Of a stretch of DNA of 64,000 bases, positions 24,608-38,010 are shown in pieces (positions within the stretch are counted from its first letter, which is position 1; the number at the start of each line of letters is the position of its first letter). The notes beneath the pieces are model-generated. The model did no database searches, was not told the DNA's origin, and was given only the letters and a program-made list of their open reading frames with translations. This stretch comes from Octopus vulgaris. Taxonomy: Eukaryota. A program made the translations under genes and the position numbers. The DNA lies in assembly GCA_951406725.2 (NCBI GenBank), contig OX597818.1, positions 12,276,001-12,340,000 of the forward strand, written 5' to 3'.

Positions 24608-25034
24608 GAGAGAGAGATTCATTAAATTGATGTACAATATTGAAAAGGAATAGATATGAACAATTAACATATAAAAAAAGCAAAAACCACCTTGTAGTTA
24701 GCGACCATCTACAAAAAAGCAAATGCATAAACACATTTGATGAGAGTTTGTAGCTAATTCAATAATATTCAAAGTGATTCGAAGTACGGTCACAAAGAGT
24801 GTCAACCATGATGAATCATTTATTTTTCAAATATTTTCAAGACTATATTGTGCAATGTATGTTTGCTTTCTATGAAATGGTCAAGTGTAGCTTGAGGGAA
24901 AATTATCTGCTACCTCTAGCAGGTTGAGCGATTACTAAATGTTCCCTTGTATTGTTTATAGTTTTCATGTGTTTCTACGGTCAGTCATATTTTATTCATT
25001 GTTATGTTACTCTTGCCGGTGATCACGACGAGGA

Positions 25035-25180
25035 CCACCAACACAACGACCACCACCATCACTACCACCACCACCACCACCACCACCACCACCACCACCA
25101 CCACCACCAACACCACCGCCACCACCATCACCACCACCGCCGCCGCCACCACCACCACCACCACCACCACCACCACCACC

Positions 25181-25245
<65 letters not shown>
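25035..25245. repeat. (CAC)n then (TAC)n triplet microsatellite
   Basis: Direct reading; gives spurious poly-His/Thr/Val/Gly ORFs. Confidence 0.95.
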
Positions 25246-25247
<2 letters not shown>

Positions 25248-26059
25248 TCTTTCCTTCCTTCCTTCCTTCCTTTTTCTAATCTGTTCTGTTGCAAACTATA
25301 ATCACGATTGCAGATACATCGAACACTCTTCGAAACTTAATAGCTGTCCAAAAGTTCAATTAATACCAGTGTTTTGATATCTACTGAAATTTCAATATTT
25401 ATTTACGACGTACAGAAACTTCATTAACCTCTGAAATCGATTAAATTCTTGGCAAATTATTTTAGATCTTTAATCTGTCATTTATATTAAAGTTTTAGCA
25501 ATCTTATTAAAAAAATTAAGTGTTATTGATGCTTCTATGACAACTTTGACTAGAAAAGAAGTTTCAAGCCGGTTGTTTGCAATAATTTTAATTCTATTAG
25601 ACCATCATTAGATGTTATTCTATATTTGTCTTAGTCTCAAACATTTGCGAGGCAAATTAACAGAGTCGTCAGAGCGCGTTATATAGAAACCCGTGCACAA
25701 TAAAAGTGTATCAATCTAGAGCGGTAGATTAGTGGATTTTCCTGAGCGTCTGACGAGAAGCTTTGCAGGGTCTGTTCCATCATGCTGTCTACGACAAAAC
25801 TGATGTCTGACTGTCTTCGCCACAACGCAGCAGCAGTTTTCTTGGACGCAAAATCAGTGACGTGGATAGAAGAGACTTGCACGTATGGAAATGTGCCAGT
25901 TCACGTCACACACGCACAGACAAGAAGAATCAAAAGAAAAATATTTACCCAGGAGGGCGCCAACAGATGCAGATACATAGTCAATCCTAACCAACGGAAG
26001 CTACCTAGTCTCAGAAGGAGCAGTAGGTGGTGGATGCGAAAAAAACAAACAAAAAAACA

Positions 26060-26214
26060 GAAGTGACTGTGTGGTAAGTAGCTTGCTTACCAACCACATG
26101 GTTCCGGGTTCAGTCCCACTGCATGGCGCCTTGGGCAAGTGTCTTCTACTATAGCCTCGTGCCGACCAAAGCCTTGTCAGTAGATTTGGTAACGGAAACT
26201 GAAAGAAGCCCGTC

Positions 26215-26280
<66 letters not shown>

Positions 26281-26500
26281 ATATGTTTGTCTGTCTGTGT
26301 TTGTTTCCCCCACATCGCTTGACAACCGTTGCTGGTGTGTTTACGTCCCCGTAGCTTAGCGGTTCGGCATAAGGAACCGTTAGAATAAATAATAGGCCTA
26401 CAAAAAATAAGCCCTGGTGTCGATTTGTTCGACTAAAAAGGTGATGCTCCAGCATGACCGCAGTCAAATGACTGAAACAAGTAAAAGAGTAAAAGACTAA
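26060..26500 (+). mobile_element. SINE family A
   Basis: Full family A body with internal (TA)n and tail tgactgaaacaagtaaaagagtaaaaga. Confidence 0.9.
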
Positions 26501-26894
26501 ACGAAAGACATTTTCTAAACTATTAAAAAAGAAATAATTTAGTGAGTTTGGGCAAGATTAATGTATATACTAACTCTTGGAAAGGAATTGTTATGATGGT
26601 ACTTATTTAGGAATGGTGAAGTTAACGTGAATGAACGGTGACTAAGATGAATCGTGTGATCTCTAAATTACAGTAGGAATGATGTAAGGGCAGCAGTCAC
26701 AAATAAGTGTATTTCAGTAAGGATAAAATAGAGTTAGCACTTTAAGAGGAGGAAATAGCATTATAATTGAAGCAGAATATACATTTAATTTTAAAAGTCT
26801 ACTCCTAATCTATTTCTCCACGAAATCCACATGTTTAACTACAGATGAAAATAAAAACTTAAAATCATGTACCTTTGGACGTATACGGAGATAA

Positions 26895-26988
<94 letters not shown>

Positions 26989-27005
26989 ATCTATCTATCT
27001 GTCTG

Positions 27006-27087
<82 letters not shown>
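26895..27087. repeat. (TATC)n microsatellite
   Basis: Direct reading. Confidence 0.95.
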
Positions 27088-27092
<5 letters not shown>

Positions 27093-27280
27093 ATACCGAT
27101 ACACACACACATACATGCATAATACATACATACATACATACATACATACATACATACATACATGCCTTACTGTTTTTGTTAAAGAATGCTAAATTTGTAC
27201 TCTACAAAATGGATTGAGTAATCATTCAGCTTTATGTAAAACTGTTCTTATTGTAATAAAACTAAACATTTATATATATA

Positions 27281-27682
27281 CTAGCAGCATCGCCCGGCGT
27301 TGCTCGGGTTTGTAAGGGAAATAACTATATAAGCATTTTTAGAGATGTAAAGTATAATAGCCATCTCAATTTGTTAACCACAAGTGGGGTGGGGGGTGTT
27401 ACTGTAGCTTCTTACGTTGTGAGATTTAATAATACATTTTTAGAGAGTTACTTCCCTTATATAAACTGAGCGAAAATGCATTAAAAATGTGAAAAATTGA
27501 TGGTAAATTTTTTAAAAATTTGTAGACTCATCGTAGACGCGCGCTAATACCCAGAAGGGCTCGATATAAATCACGACTATAAGATACCCACTTTTGGTTA
27601 CACTGCACCGCAAAATGTGGGAGTAGTTAGGAATCTAAAATCGTAGTAGACAGACACACAACTTCACTTTTATATATAAAGA
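27281..27682 (-). mobile_element. Non-autonomous Helitron
   Basis: Minus strand starts A|TCTTTATATATAAAAGTG and ends with hairpin cccgagcaacgccggg then CTAG|T; a related fragment lies at ~32395-32470. Confidence 0.8.
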
Positions 27683-27684
27683 TA

Positions 27685-28052
27685 TTCTTTTATTCTTTTA
27701 CTTGTTTCAGTCATTTGACTGCGGACATGCTGCAGCATAACCTTAAGAGGTTTTCGTCGAGCAATTCGACGCCAGGACTTATTCTCTTACAAGCCTAGTA
27801 CTTATTCTCTCGGTTTCTTTTGCCGAACCGTTAAGTTACGGGGACATAAACACACTAACGTCGGTTATCAAGCGATAGTGGTGGTGGGACAAACAGACAC
27901 AAACACACAAATAAATACATATTTCAGTTTCCGTCTACCAAATCCACTCACAAGGCTTTGGTCGGCCCGAAGCTATAGAAAAAGACACATGCCCAAGGTT
28001 CCACACAGTGGAACTGAACCCGGTGACATGTGGTTGGGAATCAAGCTTCATA
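27685..28052 (-). mobile_element. SINE family A
   Basis: Reverse-complement match to family A. Confidence 0.85.
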
Positions 28053-28197
28053 CCAAAAGGGGAACGAAGTTCTTATCTAAACAATCACATGGATGTAAGA
28101 TAATGATTGCACATATCATCTGTACTACAGGTATAAGAATGTGTCGAAACTAATGTAGTGGTTTTAATAAAGAATGTCATTAATTCCCTTTTCTTTC

Positions 28198-28237
<40 letters not shown>

Positions 28238-28260
28238 ATATATATATATATATATATATA

Positions 28261-28615
28261 TGAGGGTTCCGGTTGATCCGATCAACGGAACAGCCTGCTC
28301 GTGAAATTAACGTGTAAGTGGCTGAGCACTCCACAGACACGTGTACCCTTAACGTAGTTCTCGGGGATATTCAGCATGACACAGAGAGTGATAAGGCCAG
28401 CCCTTTGAAATACAGGTACAACAGAAACAGAAAGTAAGAGTGAGAGAAAGTTGTGGTGAAAGAGTACAGCAGGGATTACCACCATCCCCTGCCGGAGCCT
28501 CGTGGAGGTTTTAGGTGTTTTCGCTCAATAAACACTCACAACGCCCGGTCTGGGAATCGAAACCGCGATCCTACGACCGCGAGTCCGCTGCCCTAACCAC
28601 AGGGCCATTGCGCCT

Positions 28616-28617
<2 letters not shown>
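28261..28617 (-). mobile_element. SINE family C (tRNA-derived)
   Basis: Head ggaggcgcaatggccctgtggttagggcagcggactcgcggtcgtaggatcgcggtttcgattccc. Confidence 0.9.
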
Positions 28618-28700
<83 letters not shown>

Positions 28701-28727
28701 CATATATATATACATACATATATATAT

Positions 28728-28818
<91 letters not shown>

Positions 28819-28844
28819 CTTATATATATATATATATATATATA

Positions 28845-29360
28845 ATAGCCGAAAAGACATTTTCTGTTTGTATTGTATTGTTTAGTACTCTATACGTATA
28901 ATAATCCTCTTTGCTTATTGTACAACTGTAAGGCATTTTTTTGTATATGTACCATTCCTTGTCACCCCGTTTGTTTACTTTACTCTAAAAAATATTCCGT
29001 GAATATTTGTAGTGCGACTCTGACCTCTGTCTTCCTCTCTTCTTTCTTCTATTCCTTTTTTTCTTTTCCCTCCCCTTCTTAATCGCCTCCCTTGGACCCT
29101 GTCATCTCTCTTCTTCACTCTCTTTTACTCTTCTGCCTGTTTCTTTGCCTCTCTCATTTCTTAGTCCTCCCACCACACTTCCTTTCTCCTACCATGTGAC
29201 TGCGCGTCGTTCTTTTTCGGCCTGATGCTGACTTTTTCCATTTCTTTGCGTTACATCACTACGTCTTGATAGCCGGAAAGGCTTTTTCTATTTGTATTGT
29301 ATTGTTTTAGTACTGTATAGGTATAGTTATTCCTTTTGCCCTTTGCATAACCGTAAGACA
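28845..29360. repeat. Element with ~90-bp direct repeats ~424 bp apart
   Basis: atagccg(a/g)aaag..ttttct.tttgtattgtattgttt(t)agtact.tata.gtata at 28845 and 29269. Confidence 0.65.
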
Positions 29361-29449
29361 CCACTCTTTGTTGTCATTATTTCTTATTGTACAAACAATG
29401 TTATTTTGTCCTCTCCTTGCACACACTCGTCAACCTTTCCCTGTAGCTC

Positions 29450-30120
29450 TATGATCTGGCGTTCCTGTTAGATAACAGTGGTCTTGGTTTTAAATAGCGT
29501 GAAACGAATAAAATGTTTCGGAAACCGACAGTTGAGAAAATCAGCTGCAAATGTTCCTTGTATCGTGTTTTTGTCTCCCTTTCTGTCCCTTCCGTTTTCC
29601 GTAGGAAAGCCCAAGTGGTCGACGTCATCCTTGATGGGTGTGGGCATCTACCTGAGTACAGACCTGAACAAGAGCGCTGCAAATACAAGGACTGTCTTGC
29701 ACGTAATCAAGTGAAGTGCTGCGAATGTAACCTGTGGCTTTACTAGAACAAAGAGAGAAATTATTTCATGAAATTCCCTGTTTTCAAGTGACATCCAGCG
29801 AATCAACTCGGTTTGACTGACATTGTGTTAAATAATTTGTAAATAACAGTTTTGTTGTTTTATTAATAATGCTAGATGAAATTAGTACTCTTTGAAATGT
29901 TTACTGAGATGCAAAGTCCTATGTGCCAAATTTGGACCATTTGCTGAGCGTTCCTTTACAGCCTGTGGTGTCAAATTTGGTTCATGTCATATTTCATGAC
30001 CTACTTATGATTTCGAAAGGAATCACCTTTATTTTGTTTTTTGTATCAATTTGAATATCAAATTTATACTGAAAATAATTTTTGTGTTGCTAGATGTATG
30101 AGCAGGTTCTGGAAGTTTAA
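29450..30120 (+). mobile_element. piggyBac 3' fragment (C-terminal cysteine-rich domain and right end)
   Basis: DVILDGCGHLPEYRPEQERCKYKDCLARNQVKCCECNLWLY*NKERNYF; repeated subterminal gtg(c/t)caaatttgg; ends in TTAA at 30117-30120. Confidence 0.7.
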
Positions 30121-30186
30121 CATGTTGATTGAAACCAACAGAGATAGGAAAACGAATATGAACACACACACACATACACACACATA

Positions 30187-31120
30187 TCTTTAAATAAATT
30201 TGAGTAATGTTTCTCTGTCCGTTACGTTTTTATGTTCGTTAACTCCTCCTAGACCATTGGTGCATAGACAACAAAACTCAAACCAGCAACTCCCCTAATC
30301 CCAGGGAACGCTCTAAGGCAGTCTATTTTTTTTAAGGGCCGCTTAATTGGGGTGCCACTAACCCCACTATTTTTACTGCAGTTTAAACTAAATACATGGC
30401 ATTGGCAACCAAATCGGAGCAACGACAATGAATTTCATACCATGAACTCCCAGGGATTATCGTAAGGAAGTTCAATTTCTGAAGGTCCACATAAATGGAA
30501 CCCTACTACTACCCTCTTATTTTTACTACATTTACATCGCTCCTACGTTTATTGATTAAACTATGATCAGCTTCAGTGCTTAGTACATTTACAGAAATAA
30601 GTTTGGGTATTCTAAATACCTTCACGTACATTCAAATCGAGATTAAATGTTATAATAGATACGTTTCAAGTGTGGTACTCTGGATATTTATATTTTGTAG
30701 CTTATGAAACTTATGTCTAGGTGGCAAACTAATCTTCTTGTTCCGGTTAAAGTATCCCCTCTAAAGAATTGTAATAGAAGATAAAATAAGATTGAGATGA
30801 AATTGATCCTATTCATTTTATCTCAATCTCATTTTAATATATTTTCGGCAATGGTGAAGTGATGGAAAAATTATGATAGCTATGATAGTCATACATTTCA
30901 CTTGCTTAGTACGAATGGAGGTTTAAGCTTAAAAATATGAAGTGAATTAATTACTACAGTGAATTTGGAAGCATATATAACTCTGTGAAAGTGTCGCAAA
31001 TTTTCATCTTCAAATAAAATGGAAAAAAAAAAGAAACATGGAAAATGGATCCCCAAGGCTTCAAAGGTACCCTCCGCAGGAGCTTGCTTGAATGCCGCTC
31101 GAAAGCCGCTTCAAGGCTAG
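30187..31120 (+). mobile_element. Putative non-autonomous Helitron
   Basis: Starts A|TCTTTAAATAAAT; ends with hairpin cttgaa-tgccgctcgaaagccgc-ttcaag and CTAG (31117-31120), though followed by A rather than T. Confidence 0.5.
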
Positions 31121-31294
31121 ATTATATAAATATGAGTAGGTCGTGACTTTACATGGAACAGACGTCCAAAGGTAAATTTGTGTAATTTAAACACATCTAT
31201 TTTTAGGTAGTAAAACAGAAATCCATATAAACAGACAAATCACGTGCTAGTGTGTAAATAAGTATAGATACACACACAAACAATATATACATAT

Positions 31295-31640
31295 CTTCCT
31301 TTTATATGTTTCAGTCAAAGGTTCGTGGGCATGCGGAGTCATCACCTTAAAGAATTTAGTCGAACAAATCAACTGCCAGACTTGGTTTTTAAAACTTGCT
31401 ACTTTTTCTATCGGTTTTCTTTTGCCGAACCGCAAGCTTACGGAGATATAAGCATTTGTGGTTGGTCAAGCGGTAGAGGGAGAGAAAAACATACACACCG
31501 ATACACACATATACATCTATTCAGTTTCCGTCTACCAAGTCCATTCACAAAACTTTGGTCGGGCCGGGGTTATAGTAGAAGATGCTGTCCCAAGGTGCTA
31601 CGCTGTGTGACTGAACCTAGAACAATGTGGTGGAAAGCAA
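31295..31640 (-). mobile_element. SINE family A, diverged
   Basis: ttcagtttccgtctaccaa...tatagtagaaga...cccaaggtgc. Confidence 0.8.
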
Positions 31641-32553
31641 ACATCGGATCTAGTCTTTCTCATTCGCAAAATGAGCACCCCCTCCATTAATTTTGCTCAG
31701 ATTGATTTCACTTTTGGTGTGTCGATGCAACTCTGAATTTTGATTACGAACAACTAATTACTTTATCTCGTAAATTAAAGAATCTGACGTTAGTTGGAAT
31801 TAAATTTGGGAAATTTGGGTAATTTTAGCCAATCAACAGACTGCGTGGCATTAGCAGCTTATTACCAAGACAACCGCACTCTGTGTTGCGGTTCACTGCT
31901 GCCTATGTTGATTTCACTAGATGTTTTAATTTTTCCTTTGTGTTACTATATTACATATTTTTCTGTGCTTCTGTGTGTTAGTATTTTCCCGTGCTTTTTC
32001 AGTGTGTTAGTATTTTTACATATTTTTCATTTCATATATTTTTGGGACTCATTGTCTCAGATAGCTGGATTTATGATTTCACTAGGTTAATTCTATTCAT
32101 AAAAATTTAAATCATGCGTATTTCTTAAACCGTTAGCTTCGCATTTCAACAGCTTAACTGAAATTTAGCCCACAGGAACTGAGAGGGATATCGTGGAATA
32201 GAGAAACTGTGGATGATACAGATAATTTGACATTATTTTTGAATTTTGCTGGCAAAAACATATAAGATACAGGTATTCTTTTCCTTGGGATAAATTCTTT
32301 GCTAACCAGTGTTATTCTTATCAATAATAAATATCTGAACGAGGTACCCCATAAGGGCACAGAAAGTGTGCCTAAAGCCAGCTGGAGACGATGTTCTCAT
32401 GGGGCTACAAGCTACAGTAACACCCACCCTTAGTGGTTAGCCATATTGAGATGGCAAGTATACTTCACATTGTTATTCTTATCGTAGTTTACTAATCAAA
32501 GCATGAAAACGTTACTCAACTTTGGAGTTTTGGATACAGAAGCTCCCTTTTCT

Positions 32554-32613
<60 letters not shown>

Positions 32614-33201
32614 TGCACTTATATATTAATGATGTACATAAATACATGGCAGATATACATAATACTGAAATACGCATAAAAACATGCGGACACATATATT
32701 AATATAACAATTTAAAAAAATATGATAAAAACATACAATCAATGAAGTGACAAAAGAGACAGTAAGATGATGTATGGTGAGTTTATGAGGTATTTCTGTT
32801 TATTTAGAAACCTACAATGAACAGGTCAGATGCAAAACAATAAATTTCACAGGGTACAGCCTTAAAGTTGACACCGCTCCGCTAAACGCAGAAAATTTCT
32901 GTCTCGCTATTGGCTAAAAATACCCAGTTTTTTCGACTTTTAAACTTCTGTAACTTTTTCTCCATTTTTTTTTCTCCACAACACCATATCTTCAAAGCAG
33001 TGAAACTGAAAGGCTACATTATTATAGCCGATTTTCAGATATTTTACTTCCCTTTACAAAATGTCATGTTTTGCGAATAAAAAAAAAAACTAGATCCAAA
33101 ACATCTTACCACACACCTACGCATACATACATACATACATACATACATACATACATACATACATACATACATACATACATACTTATATATTCATACACAT
33201 G

Positions 33202-33256
<55 letters not shown>

Positions 33257-34236
33257 ATATATATATATGTGTATATATACGTTAGTAGACACACACAAAT
33301 ATACATACATACATACGTATGTACAAACATGCATTCATACATACATATAGGTTTGCATACAAACACATACGCAAAGAAATTAGGGGAGGAGAATTTGGGA
33401 ATTTATATATACACAAAATTTCTCACACACATGCATACACACACACACACACATATATACATATATAGTACATACATACATAGATATACGTATATGTATA
33501 CCAAAATCCATCTCCTTTTGTGCGTAACTCTCACCTCGTTTTCTACTGTCAGTCCTTTGCTGAGCCGCTTCTTTATTATTATTCTCCTTTCCTGCTTCCC
33601 ATCGAAAACTTTGTCACTTCCCGGTTTTCTCCTTCTTTTCTATCTCGCCTTCTCTGCCTGTCGCTTATTATTTCTCTTTAGTAAAGTAACTATTAGCAGA
33701 ACATTTGATTAACGTAACCCGCTGGTGATTATACAGGCATGCGATCCAGTTACTGATATTGACATATCAACCGATTTTAATTAATTTAAGTGGAAAGTTC
33801 AAATTACGATCACGATCACGATCACGAGCAAATGCAGTCTTCCTTTTTATACTATTGTCTCTCTGAAATTGTTTCCATCATTTATGCCTCCAAAAGAAAA
33901 GGCTTGCCACATGCATACATTTTGCATGCATGCATTGTACATGCATCTCATTCTGCCACAGATAAATTGGTTTGCTACATGCATACATTCTGATCTGGTT
34001 AAAAGACAAGATGCACATCAATCAAATTGACTTTATCATATACTTTTCGTGGTGTAGCATCACAGTCGCAATGAATTTATTCAATTTCAGAAAGAACAAT
34101 TCTTGTACAGCAATGAGGCTGGTTTGCGTTTCTTTTCATAAAGATATTCCAGCATTAAATAATTTGCTGCTTTCTTAAAAATTGCTCCAAGGAACGGCTG
34201 CACAACAATCACATTATCCAAATGGTATAACGATTT

Positions 34237-34464
34237 TCAATCAGTGCTAATATCATCCATATACAGATGCACTGTCGTATCATCAGAGTCTGTTCTACCA
34301 TAGAGAGGATAACCAGAAATAGAGACGAAGGAAACAAGGTACTTTTGTTGAAGGCCGAATCTGGTATAAGTTTTGCTAGCGCCATTAGAAGAGAGTATGC
34401 TATACATACCAGTCAGCCTAGATATTCTTTCTACAACTTCTTTTCCGCCAAGTAGGAGGTTCAA
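34237..34464 (-). pseudogene. Possible highly decayed non-LTR reverse transcriptase fragment
   Basis: SRLTG..NGAS..GLQQ..VHLYMDDI spacing resembles the GVPQG..LYADD region; weak. Confidence 0.3.
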
Positions 34465-34521
34465 GTTAATTTTAAGATCTTCACATCGTCGATGGCGAAG
34501 TTTACCACATATAGAGAGATA

Positions 34522-34892
34522 TGCGCAGGTGTGGCTGTGTGATAAGTAGCTTGCTTAACAACCACATGGTTCCGGGTTCAGCCCCACTGCGTGGCACCTT
34601 GGGTAAGTGTCTTCTACATTATTTATATTATTTACATTATTTACATTTGACGGATATTTGTCCTCATCTTGTTTGTTGTTAACACAAGGTTTCGGCTGAT
34701 ATACCCTCCAGCCTTCATCAGATGTCTTGAGGAAATTTCGAACCTGGGTTCTCCTTCCTAACGAATAATGTAAATAATGTACATAATTCTTCATCTCTTA
34801 AATATAGAACTGGAAATGTCTTCTGCTATAGCCTCGGGCTGACCAAAGCCTTGTGAGTGGATTTGGTGGATGGAAACTGAAAGAAGCCTGTC

Positions 34893-34946
<54 letters not shown>

Positions 34947-35095
34947 ATGTGTGTGTGTGTGTGTGTGTGTGTATGTTTGTGTGTTTTCCACCATCGCTTG
35001 ACAACCAATGCTGGTTCTTTTACGTCCCAGTAACCCAGCGGTTCGGCAAAAGATACCGATAAGATAAATACTAGGCTTACAAAGAATAAGTTCTT
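34522..35095 (+). mobile_element. SINE family A interrupted by an insertion at 34618-34813
   Basis: The SINE resumes after the insertion; flanking duplication aagtgtcttctac / aaatgtcttctgc. Confidence 0.85.
34681..34726 (-). ncRNA. Minimal type I hammerhead inside the nested insertion
   Basis: Minus strand GACAT-CTGATGA-A-GGCTG-gagggtatat-CAGCC-GAAA-CCT-T-GTGTT; the helix III palindrome is broken (ACCT). Confidence 0.6.
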
Positions 35096-35352
35096 TTCCT
35101 AGAACATCTAAGCTCTTTCGTTTCAATCAATAGATCTCAAGGGCAAACATTGACAATTGATGGACTGCATCTTGAGGAATATTACTCTGTTAAAGGCCAA
35201 TTTTATGTATGATACTCACAAGTTAAGTGCTCCACAATCTTTCTACTTATGCACTTGTTGAAAAAAAACCCCGAGAACATTGTATATCCTGAGGTACTAG
35301 CATTCATTTATTCTTTTATTCTTTTACTTATTTCAGTCATTTGACTGCAGCC

Positions 35353-35447
35353 ATGTTGGAGCATTGCCTTATTACTGGAGCACCTCCTTAATGCTGGAGC
35401 ACCCCTTCAATACTGGAACACCCCCTTAATGCTGGAGCACCGCCTTA
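35353..35447. repeat. Five 19-bp tandem units derived from the SINE A tail
   Basis: atgctggagcaccgcctta-like units at 35353, 35372, 35391, 35410 and 35429, adjoining a tail-only SINE copy (35305-35371). Confidence 0.85.
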
Positions 35448-35493
35448 AATGATAATATTTAAAATTGTCAAATCTATGATGGGTACAAATCTG

Positions 35494-35708
35494 CGAGGTG
35501 GGCCCGAAAATTTCCTGGCTTTGGGTAAAAGAAGATACAGGGGGACTATTCAATTATGATTTTATTCAACATAACCCTCTCAGATTCACACACTTATTGA
35601 AGCGGTCCTTCAGTTTTTCTAAGTACTATAAAAGAATTCGGAGGGTTGGGCCTCCAATAAGGCCTTTCGATATACCCTTAAATCCAGGAACTTTTCAGCA
35701 TATCCTCC
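35494..35708. mobile_element. mariner-like MITE
   Basis: Imperfect TIRs cgaggtgggcccgaaaatttcctggcttt / aaatccaggaacttttcagcatatcctcc-TA. Confidence 0.65.
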
Positions 35709-36603
35709 TAATATTATATAAACTAGGACTCATCGCACTCTAAATATATTTTTTTTTATCACTGCATGTATTGCACTTCCAATATTTGGATATGTAGGTT
35801 TCTTTTGCGCACTCCGTTTTGTACACAGTATATACCTCCTGACATTCTGGTTTATACCCATTCTTCAAATTACTTTGAGAAATAAGAATTAGAGAAGTTC
35901 AATAATGAAAGAAAAACGATATATTACGTGATATAAAATGCTATTCACATTCACTTAACCCTCTGCTCTTATTTAATATGCTTGCATTATATATCCTTTG
36001 CACAATTAAACTGCGAAATATACTATCAAGATTTAGTGCGTATATGAGACACTGCATTAGAGACGGCTATAAACGTATCTGAAAACGCATTCATTTCTTA
36101 CATAAAAGAGAACTTTTCGAGAAAAATAAACAAGTATTCCATTAGACCGAATGTACCTTCATTCAGAAGAATTCTGGCCCATCTATAGATGCTACAAAAG
36201 CCTGGGTAACATTGACTATAAATGCAATTTCGATTCCCTCAAATATTTCATTCTCTGACGACCACAGGCCTTTTCACTAAAATTACTTAAGGAACTTATA
36301 TGTAATCAAGATATATTGTTAGCTTTAAAAAGAATTGGAGAACGATGTAACCCTATACGTAGAGTATATAAAATGGACAATTCAGTTTCGTAGGTATTGT
36401 GCAATAAAATATTAGAAATGAACTTCTATTAAAGTAATTTATATATGCAATTCTAAAGCTTTTTGCTAGTTATTTAAAAATTGCATTTGAATATTTCTCT
36501 AGTTCTCTAATGGTTTGCAATTCGGCATTTAGGAGGAAAATGTCGTGTGTGTATGTGTATACGTGCATACATACATACATACATACATACATACATACAT
36601 ACA

Positions 36604-36639
<36 letters not shown>

Positions 36640-36882
36640 TACACATACATACATACAAACATATATATATATATATATATATCAATATTTACATCTCTCT
36701 CTCTCTCTCTATATATATATATACATACATGTATGCATATTTCTGTATATATATGTATATGTGTATATATATATATATATATACATACATATATGTGTGT
36801 GTGTGTGTGTGTATGTGTGCGCCGCGCGCGCGACCTGTGCATGTGTGTGAATGCCTGTAAATGCGTACATAATATATACATG

Positions 36883-36922
<40 letters not shown>

Positions 36923-37553
36923 TATATATATATATATATATATATATACAAATGCATCATACATATATTCTCACACTCTTATATCTATTTATATGTACGT
37001 ATAAATCAACAAATTTAGAGTTGCGTGCTTATGAATATGCAGATTATAGCATTACAAAAATGAATACAAAAATTCAATTTTTCATTTGTAATACGAAAAA
37101 ATATCGAAATTTTCTTCTCCGCAGGAACGAAAGACATTGAAAATTTAATTTTTAAAAACACAGATACTTTATAATTTTATTATGATTCTCAGATGTTTTG
37201 TTAAGTAAATAAGCTTAGAAATAATTCTCTAAGAAGTGAAAATATTCATCTGTTCAAAGAAGGAATCAAGAATAAACTCAAAGTTTCTCACAATATACTG
37301 CCGTACATAGATGACCTTTGGGTATCACAACTTTTAGACTCATAAATATAGTTTATTCTGGGTAGGGAAAATTGTATATGTGTATTTTCTAAAATGCGTT
37401 GGTGTATACGCTGTTCAATGAAAGCGAATGAGATTATCTGTCAGTGCATACAAGTATGTAAGTAAAACATATTCAGAATGAAAGACTGCGTTCTTTGCTT
37501 TATGATTATGATATAAAGAATTGTGTATCTATGTTTGTATGTTTGCATGTGTG

Positions 37554-37589
<36 letters not shown>

Positions 37590-37590
<1 letters not shown>

Positions 37591-37977
37591 TCTTTTACTC
37601 TTAACTCTTTTACTTGTTTCAGTCATTTGACTGCGGCCATGCTGGAGCACCGCCTTTAGTCGACCCCAGGACTTATTCTTTGTAAGCCTAGTACTTATTC
37701 TATCGGTCTCTTTTGCCGAACCGCTAAGTGACGGGGACGTAAACACACTAGTATCTGTTGTCAAGCAATGCTAGGGGGACAAACACACACACATACACAC
37801 ATATATATATACATATATACGACAGGCTTCTTTCAGTTTCCGTCTACCAAATCCACTCACAATGCATTGGTCGGCCCGGGGCTATAGTAGAAGACACTTG
37901 CCCAAGATGCCTCGCAGTGGGACTGAACCCGGAACCATGTGGCTGGTTAGCAAGCTACTTACCACACAGCCACTCCA
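37590..37977 (-). mobile_element. SINE family A
   Basis: Reverse-complement match to family A. Confidence 0.9.
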
Positions 37978-38010
37978 GTATATATATTATATATTATATA
38001 TATTATATAT

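Noticed and set aside
24952-25377. His-rich 141-aa ORF as a metal-binding protein
   Set aside because: Pure (CAC)n/(TAC)n repeat that is open in four frames.
25679-26040. More GC-balanced stretch with 67-aa and 94-aa ORFs
   Set aside because: No recognisable protein motif in any frame I read; probably an unclassified repeat fragment.
28540-28617. tRNA genes at the heads of SINE families C, D and A
   Set aside because: A/B boxes are present, but there is no complete cloverleaf or acceptor stem and they continue into SINE bodies.
32845-33115. Possible mariner-type MITE starting CAGGGT
   Set aside because: No convincing matching right-hand TIR.
35353-35447. CRISPR-like array (also the 29-bp duplication at 42638-42700)
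   Set aside because: No unique spacers and a eukaryotic context; these are simple tandem duplications.
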